This document shows positions 1 through 8,386 of a stretch of DNA of 47,978 nt, piece by piece. Each line of letters opens with the position of its first letter. Positions within the stretch are counted from its first letter, which is position 1. The notes beneath the pieces were generated by a model, which saw only the letters and a list, made by a program, of their open reading frames with translations, was not told the DNA's origin and did not search any database. The translations under genes were made by a program, and so were the position numbers. The stretch is from the NCBI GenBank assembly GCA_035701465.1, contig DASSMU010000238.1, positions 1-47,978 of the forward strand, read 5' to 3'. Source of the DNA: Solirubrobacterales bacterium. Its GTDB lineage: Bacteria > Actinomycetota > Thermoleophilia > Solirubrobacterales > 70-9.

Positions 1-179
1 CCCATCGGCCCACCCATGACCACCGCGCCGGCCACCTCGTCGTGGTCGGGCAGCGCCTGGCCGGCCAGCGGTTTGACGGTGTGCAGCGCGAGCGAGCCGC
101 AGGCGTCGAGGATGCGGTGCGGCGTCTCCCAGGGGACGTGCTGGATTGCCAACAGGGTCGGGCGGTCGTCCACGCTCAT
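1..179 (-). CDS. Class I glutamine amidotransferase-like protein, N-terminal fragment running off the window edge
   Basis: Below the ORF-track size cut-off. Minus-strand ATG at 179 reads MSVDDRPTLLAIQHVPWETPHRILDACGSLALHTVKPLAGQALPDHDEVAGAVVMGGPM, which resembles GATase1-type N-termini. Third codon positions are GC-rich. Confidence 0.4.
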   Translation of the reverse strand, partial: MSVDDRPTLLAIQHVPWETPHRILDACGSLALHTVKPLAGQALPDHDEVAGAVVMGGPM

Positions 180-213
180 GGCGATCCAGGCTAACCGCGC
201 TACGGTTGGGGCG

Positions 214-456
214 ATGCCGACGCGACGCGGAATCGCATTCTTCCGGCCCGAGGCACGGCCCGCCACCGCGGTCGGCGCGCTCGCCGTCGGCGCGGCCGCC
301 GTTGGCGGCTTCGCAATCGGCCGGCTCAGTGTCGGTCGCCTCGCGGTCGGCAAGGCCGCGGTGGGCAAGCTCAAGGTCGGCGAGCTGGAGATCGGGCGCC
401 TAGACGTGCGCGAGATGGGCACGCCGGGCGCGGGCGACGAGCGCATCCGACATTGA
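214..456 (+). CDS. Small protein built from nine tandem 5-residue x-(V/I)-G-x-(L/A/F) repeats
   Basis: In-frame ATG at 214 within ORF 16..456; the upstream part of that ORF overlaps the divergent amidotransferase gene. Sequence is AVGAL AVGAA AVGGF AIGRL SVGRL AVGKA AVGKL KVGEL EIGRL, visible as a 15-nt DNA periodicity. Confidence 0.5.
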   Translation: MPTRRGIAFFRPEARPATAVGALAVGAAAVGGFAIGRLSVGRLAVGKAAVGKLKVGELEIGRLDVREMGTPGAGDERIRH

Positions 457-1472
457 CCACACCTGAGGTGGGTCAAAGTCGGATACGACGAATCGCCGGC
501 GGCGGATTTGCAGCCCTGCTCATCATGGCGACCCTGCTCAACGCCGGGCAAAGCGCCGCGCTCGGCCCATACCCAGATCTCGGCGGCTGCCCGGTCTTCC
601 CCCAGCCGCCGGCCGACCTTCCAGCCAACGCGGCCTCTCTCCCCAACGAGGCCGCCTGGAACCAGGAAGTCTCCAAGGCGCCCGTAGCCGCCAACTCCGC
701 CGCGACCATCGCCTACATCGACTCCCACGGCGGCGACCACCTCCATCCCGACTTCGGCTCGCCGCGCGCCTATGGCTTCCCCTACGCGGTCGTCGGCGCC
801 GGCCAGCGGAGGCTGCCGATCCACTACACCGCCTACGGCGACGAGAGCGACCCGGGGCCGTTCCCGGTCCCCAAGGGGGCGCTGGTCGAGGGCGGCAACC
901 GCAGCGACGGAGACCGCCACGTGCTCGTCGTCGACCGCTCGAGCTGCACGCTGTACGAGCTCTACCGTGCCTTCTTCAAGCGCGGCGGCGCTCACTGGAA
1001 CGCCGACTCAGGCGCCCGTTGGGACCTGCGCTCCACCGCCCTGCGCCCCGACTCCTGGACCTCGGCCGACGCCGCCGGGCTGCCGATCTTCCCCGGACTC
1101 GTCCGCTACGACGAGGTCGCCGCCGGTCATCTCGACCACGCGATCCGGGTCACCTTCGACAGCACCCGCAACGCCTGGGTACACCCCGCCTCGCACTGCG
1201 CCGGCGACACCTCGGACCCGGCCGCGCCCGCGATGGGGACACGACTGCGGCTCAAGGCCGGCTACGGCCTCGGCGGCTACAGCGGCGGCGCCCGGGTCAT
1301 CGCCGAAGCGCTGAAGCACTACGGGATGATCGTCGCCGACAACGGCTCCAACTGGTTCTTTGGCGGCACCAGCGACCGCCGCTGGGACGACGAAAACCTC
1401 GATCAGCTGAAGCGAATCCCCGGCAGCGCCTTCGAGGTCGTCAAGAGCGCCGCCCGGCCGCACGCATGCTGA
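453..1472 (+). CDS. Secreted hypothetical protein
   Basis: ORF 453..1472. The N-terminus has a signal-like hydrophobic stretch (GGGFAALLIMATLLNAGQSAALG). Codon bias matches the genome. No family recognised; start codon uncertain. Confidence 0.7.
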   Translation: MTTPEVGQSRIRRIAGGGFAALLIMATLLNAGQSAALGPYPDLGGCPVFPQPPADLPANAASLPNEAAWNQEVSKAPVAANSAATIAYIDSHGGDHLHPDFGSPRAYGFPYAVVGAGQRRLPIHYTAYGDESDPGPFPVPKGALVEGGNRSDGDRHVLVVDRSSCTLYELYRAFFKRGGAHWNADSGARWDLRSTALRPDSWTSADAAGLPIFPGLVRYDEVAAGHLDHAIRVTFDSTRNAWVHPASHCAGDTSDPAAPAMGTRLRLKAGYGLGGYSGGARVIAEALKHYGMIVADNGSNWFFGGTSDRRWDDENLDQLKRIPGSAFEVVKSAARPHAC

Positions 1473-1491
1473 CCGCGGGCGCTCTTCGGCG

Positions 1492-1538
1492 TTCCGGTGC
1501 GCCTTTACCCCGCTATGGCGGGTAAAAGCGCACCGGAA
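1492..1538. terminator. Long imperfect hairpin between convergent genes (possible bidirectional terminator)
   Basis: TTCCGGTGCGCCTTTACCCCGC-tatg-GCGGGTAAAAGCGCACCGGAA. The stem is about 21 bp with one mismatch and one bulge, and lies between the stop at 1472 (+) and the stop at 1557 (-). Confidence 0.5.
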
Positions 1539-1556
1539 GCTGGGGACGTCTGGCCC

Positions 1557-2156
1557 CTACGCGTTCAGTTGCACGTGGTGGAAGTCCGCCTGTAGGCGGG
1601 AGCTCAGCTCGGTCGCGGCCTCGTCGCCGTCCTCCAACTCTCCGCTGACCAGCACCACCTCGGTCGCCGGATAGCTCTGCAGCTGGTCTTCGGTCGCCTG
1701 CACGACGTCCTCGTCGCCGACCCGCGCCTCGGCGGCGATGCCGGCCTTGGCCAGGGCCGCGACCGTCGCGACCAGGTGCTGCTGGGCGCGGTGACGTGCG
1801 CCCTCGACGTCGGAGGCCCAGCGGTCGAGGAAGCCGATCCGCGCCGGCACGAGCACCAGCACCTCGGCCTCGCCGTTCGCGCCGTCGAGGCCGGCCGCGG
1901 CCGCGATCCGTGCCACGTCGGCAGGATCCTCCACCGCGCCCGCGGCCACGAGGAGGACGTACCGGCGATCGTCCCACGCGGGCGCGGAGGCAATCGGTCC
2001 CCGAGAGCGCTCCCGCACCGCGATCGCAACCAGCGCGACCACTGCCAAAGCGCCGAGCGCCATGCCCAGGCCCGGGCCGGCGACGAGGAACCCGCCGACG
2101 ATCGGGACGACGAGGCCGGCGACGATCAGTGGCAGCTTCCAGGGAGCCATCGCCAA
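1557..2156 (-). CDS. Membrane-anchored protein with a USP-like (universal stress protein fold) cytoplasmic domain
   Basis: ORF 1557..2156. Two N-terminal hydrophobic segments are followed by a YVLLVAAG...VLVLVPA...VVLVSG pattern typical of USP-like alpha/beta domains. Confidence 0.65.
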   Translation of the reverse strand: MAMAPWKLPLIVAGLVVPIVGGFLVAGPGLGMALGALAVVALVAIAVRERSRGPIASAPAWDDRRYVLLVAAGAVEDPADVARIAAAAGLDGANGEAEVLVLVPARIGFLDRWASDVEGARHRAQQHLVATVAALAKAGIAAEARVGDEDVVQATEDQLQSYPATEVVLVSGELEDGDEAATELSSRLQADFHHVQLNA

Positions 2157-2218
2157 AGGCTGACATGCGTCGCGCCCGCCGGACGGCAGGGCCAGGGTCG
2201 CCCCGCCGCCCGTACGAG

Positions 2219-2353
2219 CTACGCGCGCCTCGCGCCGAGGCGCGGAAGCAGCAGCATCGCCAGCCCAACCAGGACGACGATGATTCCGAGTATGTAGTTG
2301 ACGAGGATCGCCAACACGATTCCGATGATTATCAGCAGTATCGATAGCTCCAT
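2219..2353 (-). CDS. Possible 44-aa hydrophobic peptide
   Basis: Not in the ORF track. Minus-strand ATG 2353 to TAG 2219 reads MELSILLIIIGIVLAILVNYILGIIVVLVGLAMLLLPRLGARRA. No convincing SD. Confidence 0.3.
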   Translation of the reverse strand: MELSILLIIIGIVLAILVNYILGIIVVLVGLAMLLLPRLGARRA

Positions 2354-2398
2354 ACCGACCGTTTACCCGGCGGCCGATAGAGAGAAACCTTCGTCTGC

Positions 2399-3250
2399 TC
2401 AGCCGCGCGTGCCGCCGCCGCTGCCGTCGGGCGACCAGCCCGGGCCGCGGAAGAGGTAGCTGAGCTTGTGCCGCCAGCTCGTCGCGGCGCGCACGTCGCG
2501 GGCGATGGCGGCGAACTCGTGGAAGGCGACCCGGGTCGGCCGGAAGGTGCGGATGTTCTGGGTCAGCCCGTAGCGCGGCTGCTCGGTCTCACCCTGGAAG
2601 GTGCCGAACATGCGGTCCCAGATGATCAGGATGCCACCGTAGTTGCGGTCGAGGTAGACGTCGTTGGAGCCGTGATGGACGCGGTGGTGCGAGGGCGTGT
2701 TGAAGAAGAACTCGATCGGCGCCGGCAGCTTCTTCACCCGCTCGGTGTGGATCCAGAACTGGTAGATCAGGCTGATCGAGATCTGCAGCAGGATCATCCA
2801 GGGGGCGAAGCCGAGCAGCGCCAACGGCGCCCAGAAGGGCAGGGCGGTCATCGGCGTCCAGGTCTGGCGCAGCGCGGTCGAGAGGTTGTAGTGCTGGGAG
2901 GAGTGGTGGACGACGTGGCTCGCCCAGAAGACCCGCATCTCGTGGTGGACGCGGTGGAACCAGTAGTAGGCGAGGTCGTCGGCGAAGAAGAGCAGGACGT
3001 AGGTCCACCACTTATCGGCCGGCATCCGCAGCGGGGTCAACTCGTAGAGCCCGGCGTAGACGACGAGGACGAACAGCTTCCAGATCCCATTGATCAGGAC
3101 GTTGCCGCCGCCCATCGCGAGGCTAGTGCGCGTGTCCTTGGACTCGTACCCGATCAGGTCGTCGTCGTCGCGCAGGTACTTGAACGAGAGCATCTCGGCG
3201 ACCAGCAACAGCACGAAAGCCGGAATCGCGTAATAGAGGACGACAGCCAC
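2399..3250 (-). CDS. Fatty acid hydroxylase / sterol desaturase family membrane protein
   Basis: Histidine boxes HRVHHEMRVFWASHVVHH and HHRVHHG lie in a polytopic protein, which is the hallmark of the di-iron FA_hydroxylase family. Confidence 0.85.
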   Translation of the reverse strand: MAVVLYYAIPAFVLLLVAEMLSFKYLRDDDDLIGYESKDTRTSLAMGGGNVLINGIWKLFVLVVYAGLYELTPLRMPADKWWTYVLLFFADDLAYYWFHRVHHEMRVFWASHVVHHSSQHYNLSTALRQTWTPMTALPFWAPLALLGFAPWMILLQISISLIYQFWIHTERVKKLPAPIEFFFNTPSHHRVHHGSNDVYLDRNYGGILIIWDRMFGTFQGETEQPRYGLTQNIRTFRPTRVAFHEFAAIARDVRAATSWRHKLSYLFRGPGWSPDGSGGGTRG

Positions 3251-3266
3251 AGGTCCAATTTAGCGC

Positions 3267-3359
3267 CTAGGCTGCCCTTCCGATCAAGACGATTCCCGCG
3301 ATGGAGATGCCGGCGAGGACCGCCAGCGCGATATCCGTTCGACGCTCGTTGTCTGTCAT
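3267..3359 (-). CDS. Possible 30-aa single-TM peptide
   Basis: Not in the ORF track. Reads MTDNERRTDIALAVLAGISIAGIVLIGRAA. It is preceded by a strong SD-like AAGAGGTG 2 nt upstream of the ATG at 3359. Confidence 0.35.
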   Translation of the reverse strand: MTDNERRTDIALAVLAGISIAGIVLIGRAA

Positions 3360-3461
3360 GGCACCTCTTAGAACACGGCTGCGAGCAGGGAGATGCTGTG
3401 GCCCGACGGCTCAAGGAGCACTGCGAAATCGCCGATAGAAATGAGTCTTGGGAGTGACCCG

Positions 3462-4907
3462 ATGACATCGACGCCACCGCCGGGCGGGGACTCCGGGCCG
3501 GACGGGAGCTGGAGCTACCAGGCGCCTGATCGAGGCTCAAGCCCCACCCCTGGGCGCACCGCGACCATCGACCCACTCTCCCAGCGCCTGCTCAAGGCCG
3601 CCGCCGGACTCTCGGCCCTGCTGATCCTCGTCATCGCCTTCGCCTGGCTCCACGGCAGCGACGAAGCCTCGCTCAACCCGATCGCCGAAGCGGCCGCGCG
3701 CACCCAGGAGCAACCGGGGTCGCGAATCGCCATGCGCGGCATCTACGCCATGCCCGCCGGCCACTCGATGACGATGCACGGCAGCGGCCTCTACAACGCG
3801 CGAACCGGGCGCAGCCGCCTGGCGATGGAGCTGACGATTCCCGGCCTGGCCTCCCCGCTTCGTTTCGATGCGGTCGCAGACAAGCAGACGATGTACATGC
3901 GCTCGAGGGTCTTCACGGCGGAACTGCCGCCGGGAGACAGATGGCTCGCCACCCAGATGGGGCTCGGCAATTCGGCCCAAACCTCCCTGGCGAGCAACTC
4001 CGGCTCCGAAGGCCAGCTCGAGATGCTGCGCGCCGCGGGCGGCAAGGTCGAAGACCTGGGCGAAGAGACAGTGCGCGGCGTCGCCACCACCCGCTACCGC
4101 GGCACCATCGACCTCAACCGCTACGCCGACCTGCTGCGCGAAGAAGGCAAGCCGACCGGCGCCCGCGAGTACGAACAGCTGGTGAAGTCGATGCCGGCGC
4201 CGGTCCCGGTCGAAGCCTGGCTCGACGACGGCGGCCTCGTCCGCCGGATGCGAATGGTCATGGACATTCCCACCTCTGCCGGCGCCCCGACGATGAAGAT
4301 GGACCTGACGATGGAGTTCTTCGACTTCGGGATCGCCCCGAAGGTCGACCTTCCCCCCGCGAACGAAACCTTCGACGCGACGCCGCTGGGGCGGGCTCAG
4401 CTGCACCTGCTCGACGGCAGCACGATGGGAGTCCCGGCACGCGTCTCGGATGGCCGGCCTCTCTCGCTCCCATCCTTCCGCAGGCAGGGGAACGCGATCT
4501 GCGGCCGGCTCAAACAGCGCGCGTCGCACCTGCTGAGCGCCAACAAGCCGGCGCTCGAGCGAATGAGAGAAGCGGATCGCCTCAGCAAGGCCGGAGAAGG
4601 CGACCGGCAGGCCGTCGCCAGGGCCATGCACGATTACGACGCGCGCATCCTCGAACCGATCGTCCGGCTCGGCGGGCGCACCCTTTCCGAAATCGCGAGC
4701 CTGGCCCCACCTCCAGCCTTGCGATCCAGCGTGCAGCGCTTCCTCCACTTCGGCGCGGTGACCCTGGAAATCGACACGGCGCGGAACCGTGCGCTCGAGG
4801 TCCACGCATCGAGGACGCTCGACGAACTGAAGGAGCAGTTCCATGCCGCGTCTCACAAGGCCGATCAAGCGGCGCGGCAGGCGAAGCTCGGGGCGTGCAC
4901 CAAATAG
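3462..4907 (+). CDS. Membrane-anchored hypothetical protein (one N-terminal TM; possible LolA/LppX-like beta domain plus helical C-terminus)
   Basis: ORF 3393..4907. The ATG at 3462 is preceded by GGGAG; alternative starts are at 3393 and 3441. The TM segment is LKAAAGLSALLILVIAFAWL. The domain guess is weak. Confidence 0.65.
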   Translation: MTSTPPPGGDSGPDGSWSYQAPDRGSSPTPGRTATIDPLSQRLLKAAAGLSALLILVIAFAWLHGSDEASLNPIAEAAARTQEQPGSRIAMRGIYAMPAGHSMTMHGSGLYNARTGRSRLAMELTIPGLASPLRFDAVADKQTMYMRSRVFTAELPPGDRWLATQMGLGNSAQTSLASNSGSEGQLEMLRAAGGKVEDLGEETVRGVATTRYRGTIDLNRYADLLREEGKPTGAREYEQLVKSMPAPVPVEAWLDDGGLVRRMRMVMDIPTSAGAPTMKMDLTMEFFDFGIAPKVDLPPANETFDATPLGRAQLHLLDGSTMGVPARVSDGRPLSLPSFRRQGNAICGRLKQRASHLLSANKPALERMREADRLSKAGEGDRQAVARAMHDYDARILEPIVRLGGRTLSEIASLAPPPALRSSVQRFLHFGAVTLEIDTARNRALEVHASRTLDELKEQFHAASHKADQAARQAKLGACTK

Positions 4908-4935
4908 TTGACTGATCGGGAGCCGGTGGGATATT
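4908..4935 (+). promoter_or_regulatory. Putative sigma-70-type promoter (TTGACT-16 nt-GATATT)
   Basis: TTGACT at 4908-4913 and GATATT at 4930-4935, about 30 nt upstream of the AAGGAG SD and the ATG at 4968. Confidence 0.3.
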
Positions 4936-4967
4936 GGGCGTATATATCCCGACTCAAAGGAGCTGAG

Positions 4968-5279
4968 ATGAAGTACTTAGTCAGCGCAACGCCCGGCCCG
5001 ATGCCTCCGACGCCAGAGCAGTTCGACGCGGCGATGGCCTGGCTCGAGGGCAAGATCGGCGACGGGACATTCGACTGCCTCTACGGGTTCGTCGAGGGCG
5101 GCGGCTTCAGCATCGCCAACGCCGGTTCCCACCGCGAGGTCCTCGACCTGATGGCCGATTACCCGCTGTTCGGTCTGGTCACCTGGGAGGTGCGCCCGTT
5201 GCTCGAATTCAAAGAGGGAATCGACACGGTGCGGGCCAAGCTGGCCGAGGCCCACGCGGCAATGGGCGGCGGCGCATAG
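4968..5279 (+). CDS. Small hypothetical protein (possible dimeric alpha+beta barrel)
   Basis: ATG at 4968 is preceded by AAGGAG. Reads MKYLVSATPGPMPPTPEQFDAAMAWLEG... Confidence 0.7.
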   Translation: MKYLVSATPGPMPPTPEQFDAAMAWLEGKIGDGTFDCLYGFVEGGGFSIANAGSHREVLDLMADYPLFGLVTWEVRPLLEFKEGIDTVRAKLAEAHAAMGGGA

Positions 5280-5326
5280 CGCTCGGCGCGCGAATCAGAC
5301 CTGGTCTCATCGCATGCCTGCTGGCG

Positions 5327-6130
5327 TTGGGGCTCTCCGCGCATGGTGCGATCGCAGACAGCGCCCATGCCGGAGATGGCCGCAGGCGCGATCAGCACGG
5401 TCGCTGGCACCCCAAAGCGACCACCGAGCCCTGGCAGTGGCAGCTGCAGGGGCCGATCGACACCTCTATCGCCGCGACCGTCTACGACGTCGACGGCTTC
5501 GAAACGTCCAGCGCGACCGTCAGCAAGCTGCACCGGCGGGGGCGGAAGGTCGTCTGCTATCTAGACGTCGGCAGCTGGGAGAGCTACCGGCCCGACAAGG
5601 GCGAGTTCCCGCGATCGGTGCTCGGCCGCCGCTACGCCGGCTTCCCCAATGAGCGCTGGCTGGACGTCGGCCGCTTCCACCTCTTCGAGCGGCCGCTGAA
5701 GCGCCGCTTCTCGATGTGCGCCCGCAAGGGCTTCGATGCGGTCGAGCCCGACAACCTCGCGGGCTGGGAAAGGGAAAACCACACCGGCTTCGAGATCACC
5801 CCCGCCGACCAGCTCCGCTTCAACCGCTGGGTCGCCCGCCAGGTGCACGAGCGCGGCATGGCGGTGGCGCTGAAGAACGACGGGCGCCAGGCTCGCCGCC
5901 TGATCCACGCCTTCGACTTCGCGATCGTCGAGCAGTGCTTCCAGTACGACGAATGCGGCTACTACCGTCCTTTTGTTCAGCAGGACAAGCCGGTATTCGA
6001 GGCCGAGTACGAACAGCAGCCGGCGCAGTACTGCGAAACCGCGCTGGCGATCGGCTTCAGCGCGATCCACAAGTCCTACGGCCTCTTCGCCAAACCCTGG
6101 CGCCCGTGCCGGTCTGTCGAATCGCCTTAG
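5327..6130 (+). CDS. Glycoside hydrolase family 114 (endo-alpha-1,4-polygalactosaminidase-like)
   Basis: Motifs KVVCYLDVGSWESYRPD, ERWLDV, GFDAVEPDNLAGW, ALKND and FAIVEQCFQYDEC match my memory of GH114. The true start is probably upstream of the TTG at 5327 (see findings). Confidence 0.8.
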   Translation: MGLSAHGAIADSAHAGDGRRRDQHGRWHPKATTEPWQWQLQGPIDTSIAATVYDVDGFETSSATVSKLHRRGRKVVCYLDVGSWESYRPDKGEFPRSVLGRRYAGFPNERWLDVGRFHLFERPLKRRFSMCARKGFDAVEPDNLAGWERENHTGFEITPADQLRFNRWVARQVHERGMAVALKNDGRQARRLIHAFDFAIVEQCFQYDECGYYRPFVQQDKPVFEAEYEQQPAQYCETALAIGFSAIHKSYGLFAKPWRPCRSVESP

Positions 6131-6214
6131 ATCGGGTTACCGGCAAGAGAGCGCAAGCAAGATGAGGTGCCGCTCTCATCCACGCTTAAGACGCACCCTG
6201 CACCCTGCGGCGCC

Positions 6215-7465
6215 ATGAGCTCTCTCGCGCAGGCGCCCCCCAAGCCCGTTCCCCCTTCTTCGGCCAAGTCTCTCGGCCGCACGATGCTCAACAAGGTCCC
6301 CGAGATCACCCTCTACTTCTGGGTGATCAAGGTTCTCTGCACCACCGTCGGCGAGACCTTCGCCGACAACCTCAACGAAAACCTCGGCCTCGGCCTCACC
6401 AACACCAGCTACATCATGGGCGCGCTGCTGATCGCCGTCCTCGTCTTCCAGTTCCGGGCGCGCAGGTACGTACCCGGCATCTACTGGCTGGCCGTGGTCC
6501 TGATCAGCGTCGTCGGCACGCTGGTCAGCGACAACCTGGTCGAAAACTACAGCGTCACCCTGCAGACCACGACAATCGCCTTCAGCGCGATCCTGATCGC
6601 AGTCTTCGCCGCCTGGTACGCGAGCGAGCGGACGCTCTCGGTCCACACGATCGTCACCACGAAACGGGAGGCCTTCTACTGGCTGGCGGTCCTCTTCACC
6701 TTCGCCCTCGGCACCTCCGCCGGCGACTTCCTCTCCGAGCAGCTCGAACTCGGCTATCTGCTGGCGCTCGGCATCTTCGCCGGGGCGATCGTGGTGATCG
6801 CGGTGCTGCACTTCGGCCTGCGGATGAACGCGATCCTCTCCTTCTGGCTCGCCTACATCCTCACCCGCCCGCTCGGCGCCTCGATCGGCGATTACCTCGC
6901 CTCGCCGAAGTCCGAAGGCGGCCTCGGGCTCGGCACCAACCTGACCAGCTTCCTCTTCCTCGGCACGATCCTGGCGCTTGTCGTCTACCTGGCGATCTCC
7001 AAGCGCGACGTGATCCCAACCGGAGGGGTCGCAGAAGCGGAGGGGCCGCCAACGGAGGGTGAGCCCCGAGTCCTCGTCGTCACCAACAAGACCGATGCCA
7101 CTCCGGCCGTGGTCGAGGCGGTGCGGGAACGGGCGATCGCCGGCCCGGCTAGCTTTTTCGTCCTCGTCCCCAATCCCTCGCACGTAGCATTCGACCGCAT
7201 CGGCGACGACACCATCCTGGGCGAGAAGGTCCTCGACCGGGCACTGCCCAAGCTGGAGGAGCCCGCCGGCGGAGAGGTCGCCGGGCGGGTGGCGGTGAGC
7301 CCCAACGCCTATGACGACATCGTCGAGGAGCTGAACCGGGTGAGCTATGACGAAATAATCCTCGAGACCTTCCCCAGCCATGTCTCGCATTGGCTGCACG
7401 TCGACCTCCCAGAGCGCGTCGCCGCACTCGGCTACCCGCTGAAGACGGTGACGGCGACTCACTGA
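6215..7465 (+). CDS. DUF347-repeat (COG4705) membrane protein fused to a C-terminal USP-like domain
   Basis: Four repeats of the (F/Y)W-x7-9-G-x3-(S/G)D type: LYFWVIKVLCTTVGETFADNL, IYWLAVVLISVVGTLVSDNL, AFYWLAVLFTFALGTSAGDFL, LSFWLAYILTRPLGASIGDYL. The C-terminus has VLVVTNKT...FFVLVPNP...IILETF. ATG at 6215. Confidence 0.8.
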   Translation: MSSLAQAPPKPVPPSSAKSLGRTMLNKVPEITLYFWVIKVLCTTVGETFADNLNENLGLGLTNTSYIMGALLIAVLVFQFRARRYVPGIYWLAVVLISVVGTLVSDNLVENYSVTLQTTTIAFSAILIAVFAAWYASERTLSVHTIVTTKREAFYWLAVLFTFALGTSAGDFLSEQLELGYLLALGIFAGAIVVIAVLHFGLRMNAILSFWLAYILTRPLGASIGDYLASPKSEGGLGLGTNLTSFLFLGTILALVVYLAISKRDVIPTGGVAEAEGPPTEGEPRVLVVTNKTDATPAVVEAVRERAIAGPASFFVLVPNPSHVAFDRIGDDTILGEKVLDRALPKLEEPAGGEVAGRVAVSPNAYDDIVEELNRVSYDEIILETFPSHVSHWLHVDLPERVAALGYPLKTVTATH

Positions 7466-7537
7466 CGACGGCGTACCGCAAAGCGGAAGATACAGGAGGC
7501 TGTTAGGGTACCCTAATTCCAACTGGAGGTAGGGCCC

Positions 7538-8386
7538 TTGTCATTCGCTCAAACCGCAGCGCTCGGAGCCCTCGCGGGCTTCACCATCTATCTCGGTCTT
7601 CCCTTCGGCCGCCTGCAACTGTTGGGCGACCGCAGCCGCGTGGCGCTGGCGATGTTCTCGGTCGGGGTGCTTGCTTTCATCTTCGTCGACGTCATGGAGC
7701 ACGCCTTCGGCATCGTCGAGGGCGCGGTGGAGGGCTTCAAGGCAGGTGACGGGACCCTGGGAAGCGCCCTCGGCCTGGCGGCGCTTCTCGGCGGTGGCTT
7801 CGGCCTCGGCCTGGCGGGCCTGGCGATGACCGAGCAGCGCCTGCGCTCGCTGCGCCCGCTGCCGCCGATCGCGGGCGGCGCGGTCGACGTCCTCAGCGCC
7901 GAGGAGCTGGCGCTGGAAGAGGCCGCGGCCCGTGCCCGGGCGCTGCGGACCGGCCTCACGATCGCGGTGGCGATCGGCCTGCACAACTTCGCCGAGGGCC
8001 TCGCCATCGGCGTATCGGCCAGCACCGGCGCGATCAGCCTGGCGACGGTGCTAATCATCGGCTTCGCCCTCCACAACGCAACCGAGGGGTTCGGCATCGT
8101 CGGCCCGCTCGGCGACGTGCGGCCATCTTGGGGCTGGCTCGGCCTCGTCGGTCTGATTGGCGGAGCGCCGACCTTCCTCGGCGCGATGCTCGGCTACAGC
8201 GTCACCTCCGAACCCCTGGAGCTCGCCTTCTACGCGGTCTCCGGCGGCGCGATCCTCTACGTGATCGGCGAGATATGGAACGCGATGCGCCGCTACGGGC
8301 ACCGCGAGCTGGGCCTCTGGCTGCTTTCCATCGGGTTCTTCGTCGGGGTGGCGACGGACCTGGTAGTCGCCTACGGCGGCGGCTGA
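7538..8386 (+). CDS. ZIP family divalent metal transporter
   Basis: Paired GLHNFAEGLAIG and ALHNATEGFGIVG motifs in a polytopic protein. TTG start. Confidence 0.85.
   Translation: MSFAQTAALGALAGFTIYLGLPFGRLQLLGDRSRVALAMFSVGVLAFIFVDVMEHAFGIVEGAVEGFKAGDGTLGSALGLAALLGGGFGLGLAGLAMTEQRLRSLRPLPPIAGGAVDVLSAEELALEEAAARARALRTGLTIAVAIGLHNFAEGLAIGVSASTGAISLATVLIIGFALHNATEGFGIVGPLGDVRPSWGWLGLVGLIGGAPTFLGAMLGYSVTSEPLELAFYAVSGGAILYVIGEIWNAMRRYGHRELGLWLLSIGFFVGVATDLVVAYGGG

Noticed and set aside
16-213. Upstream 66 codons of ORF 16..456
   Set aside because: They overlap the divergent amidotransferase-like gene on the opposite strand and show no coding-like features. The repeat protein was started at the ATG at 214.
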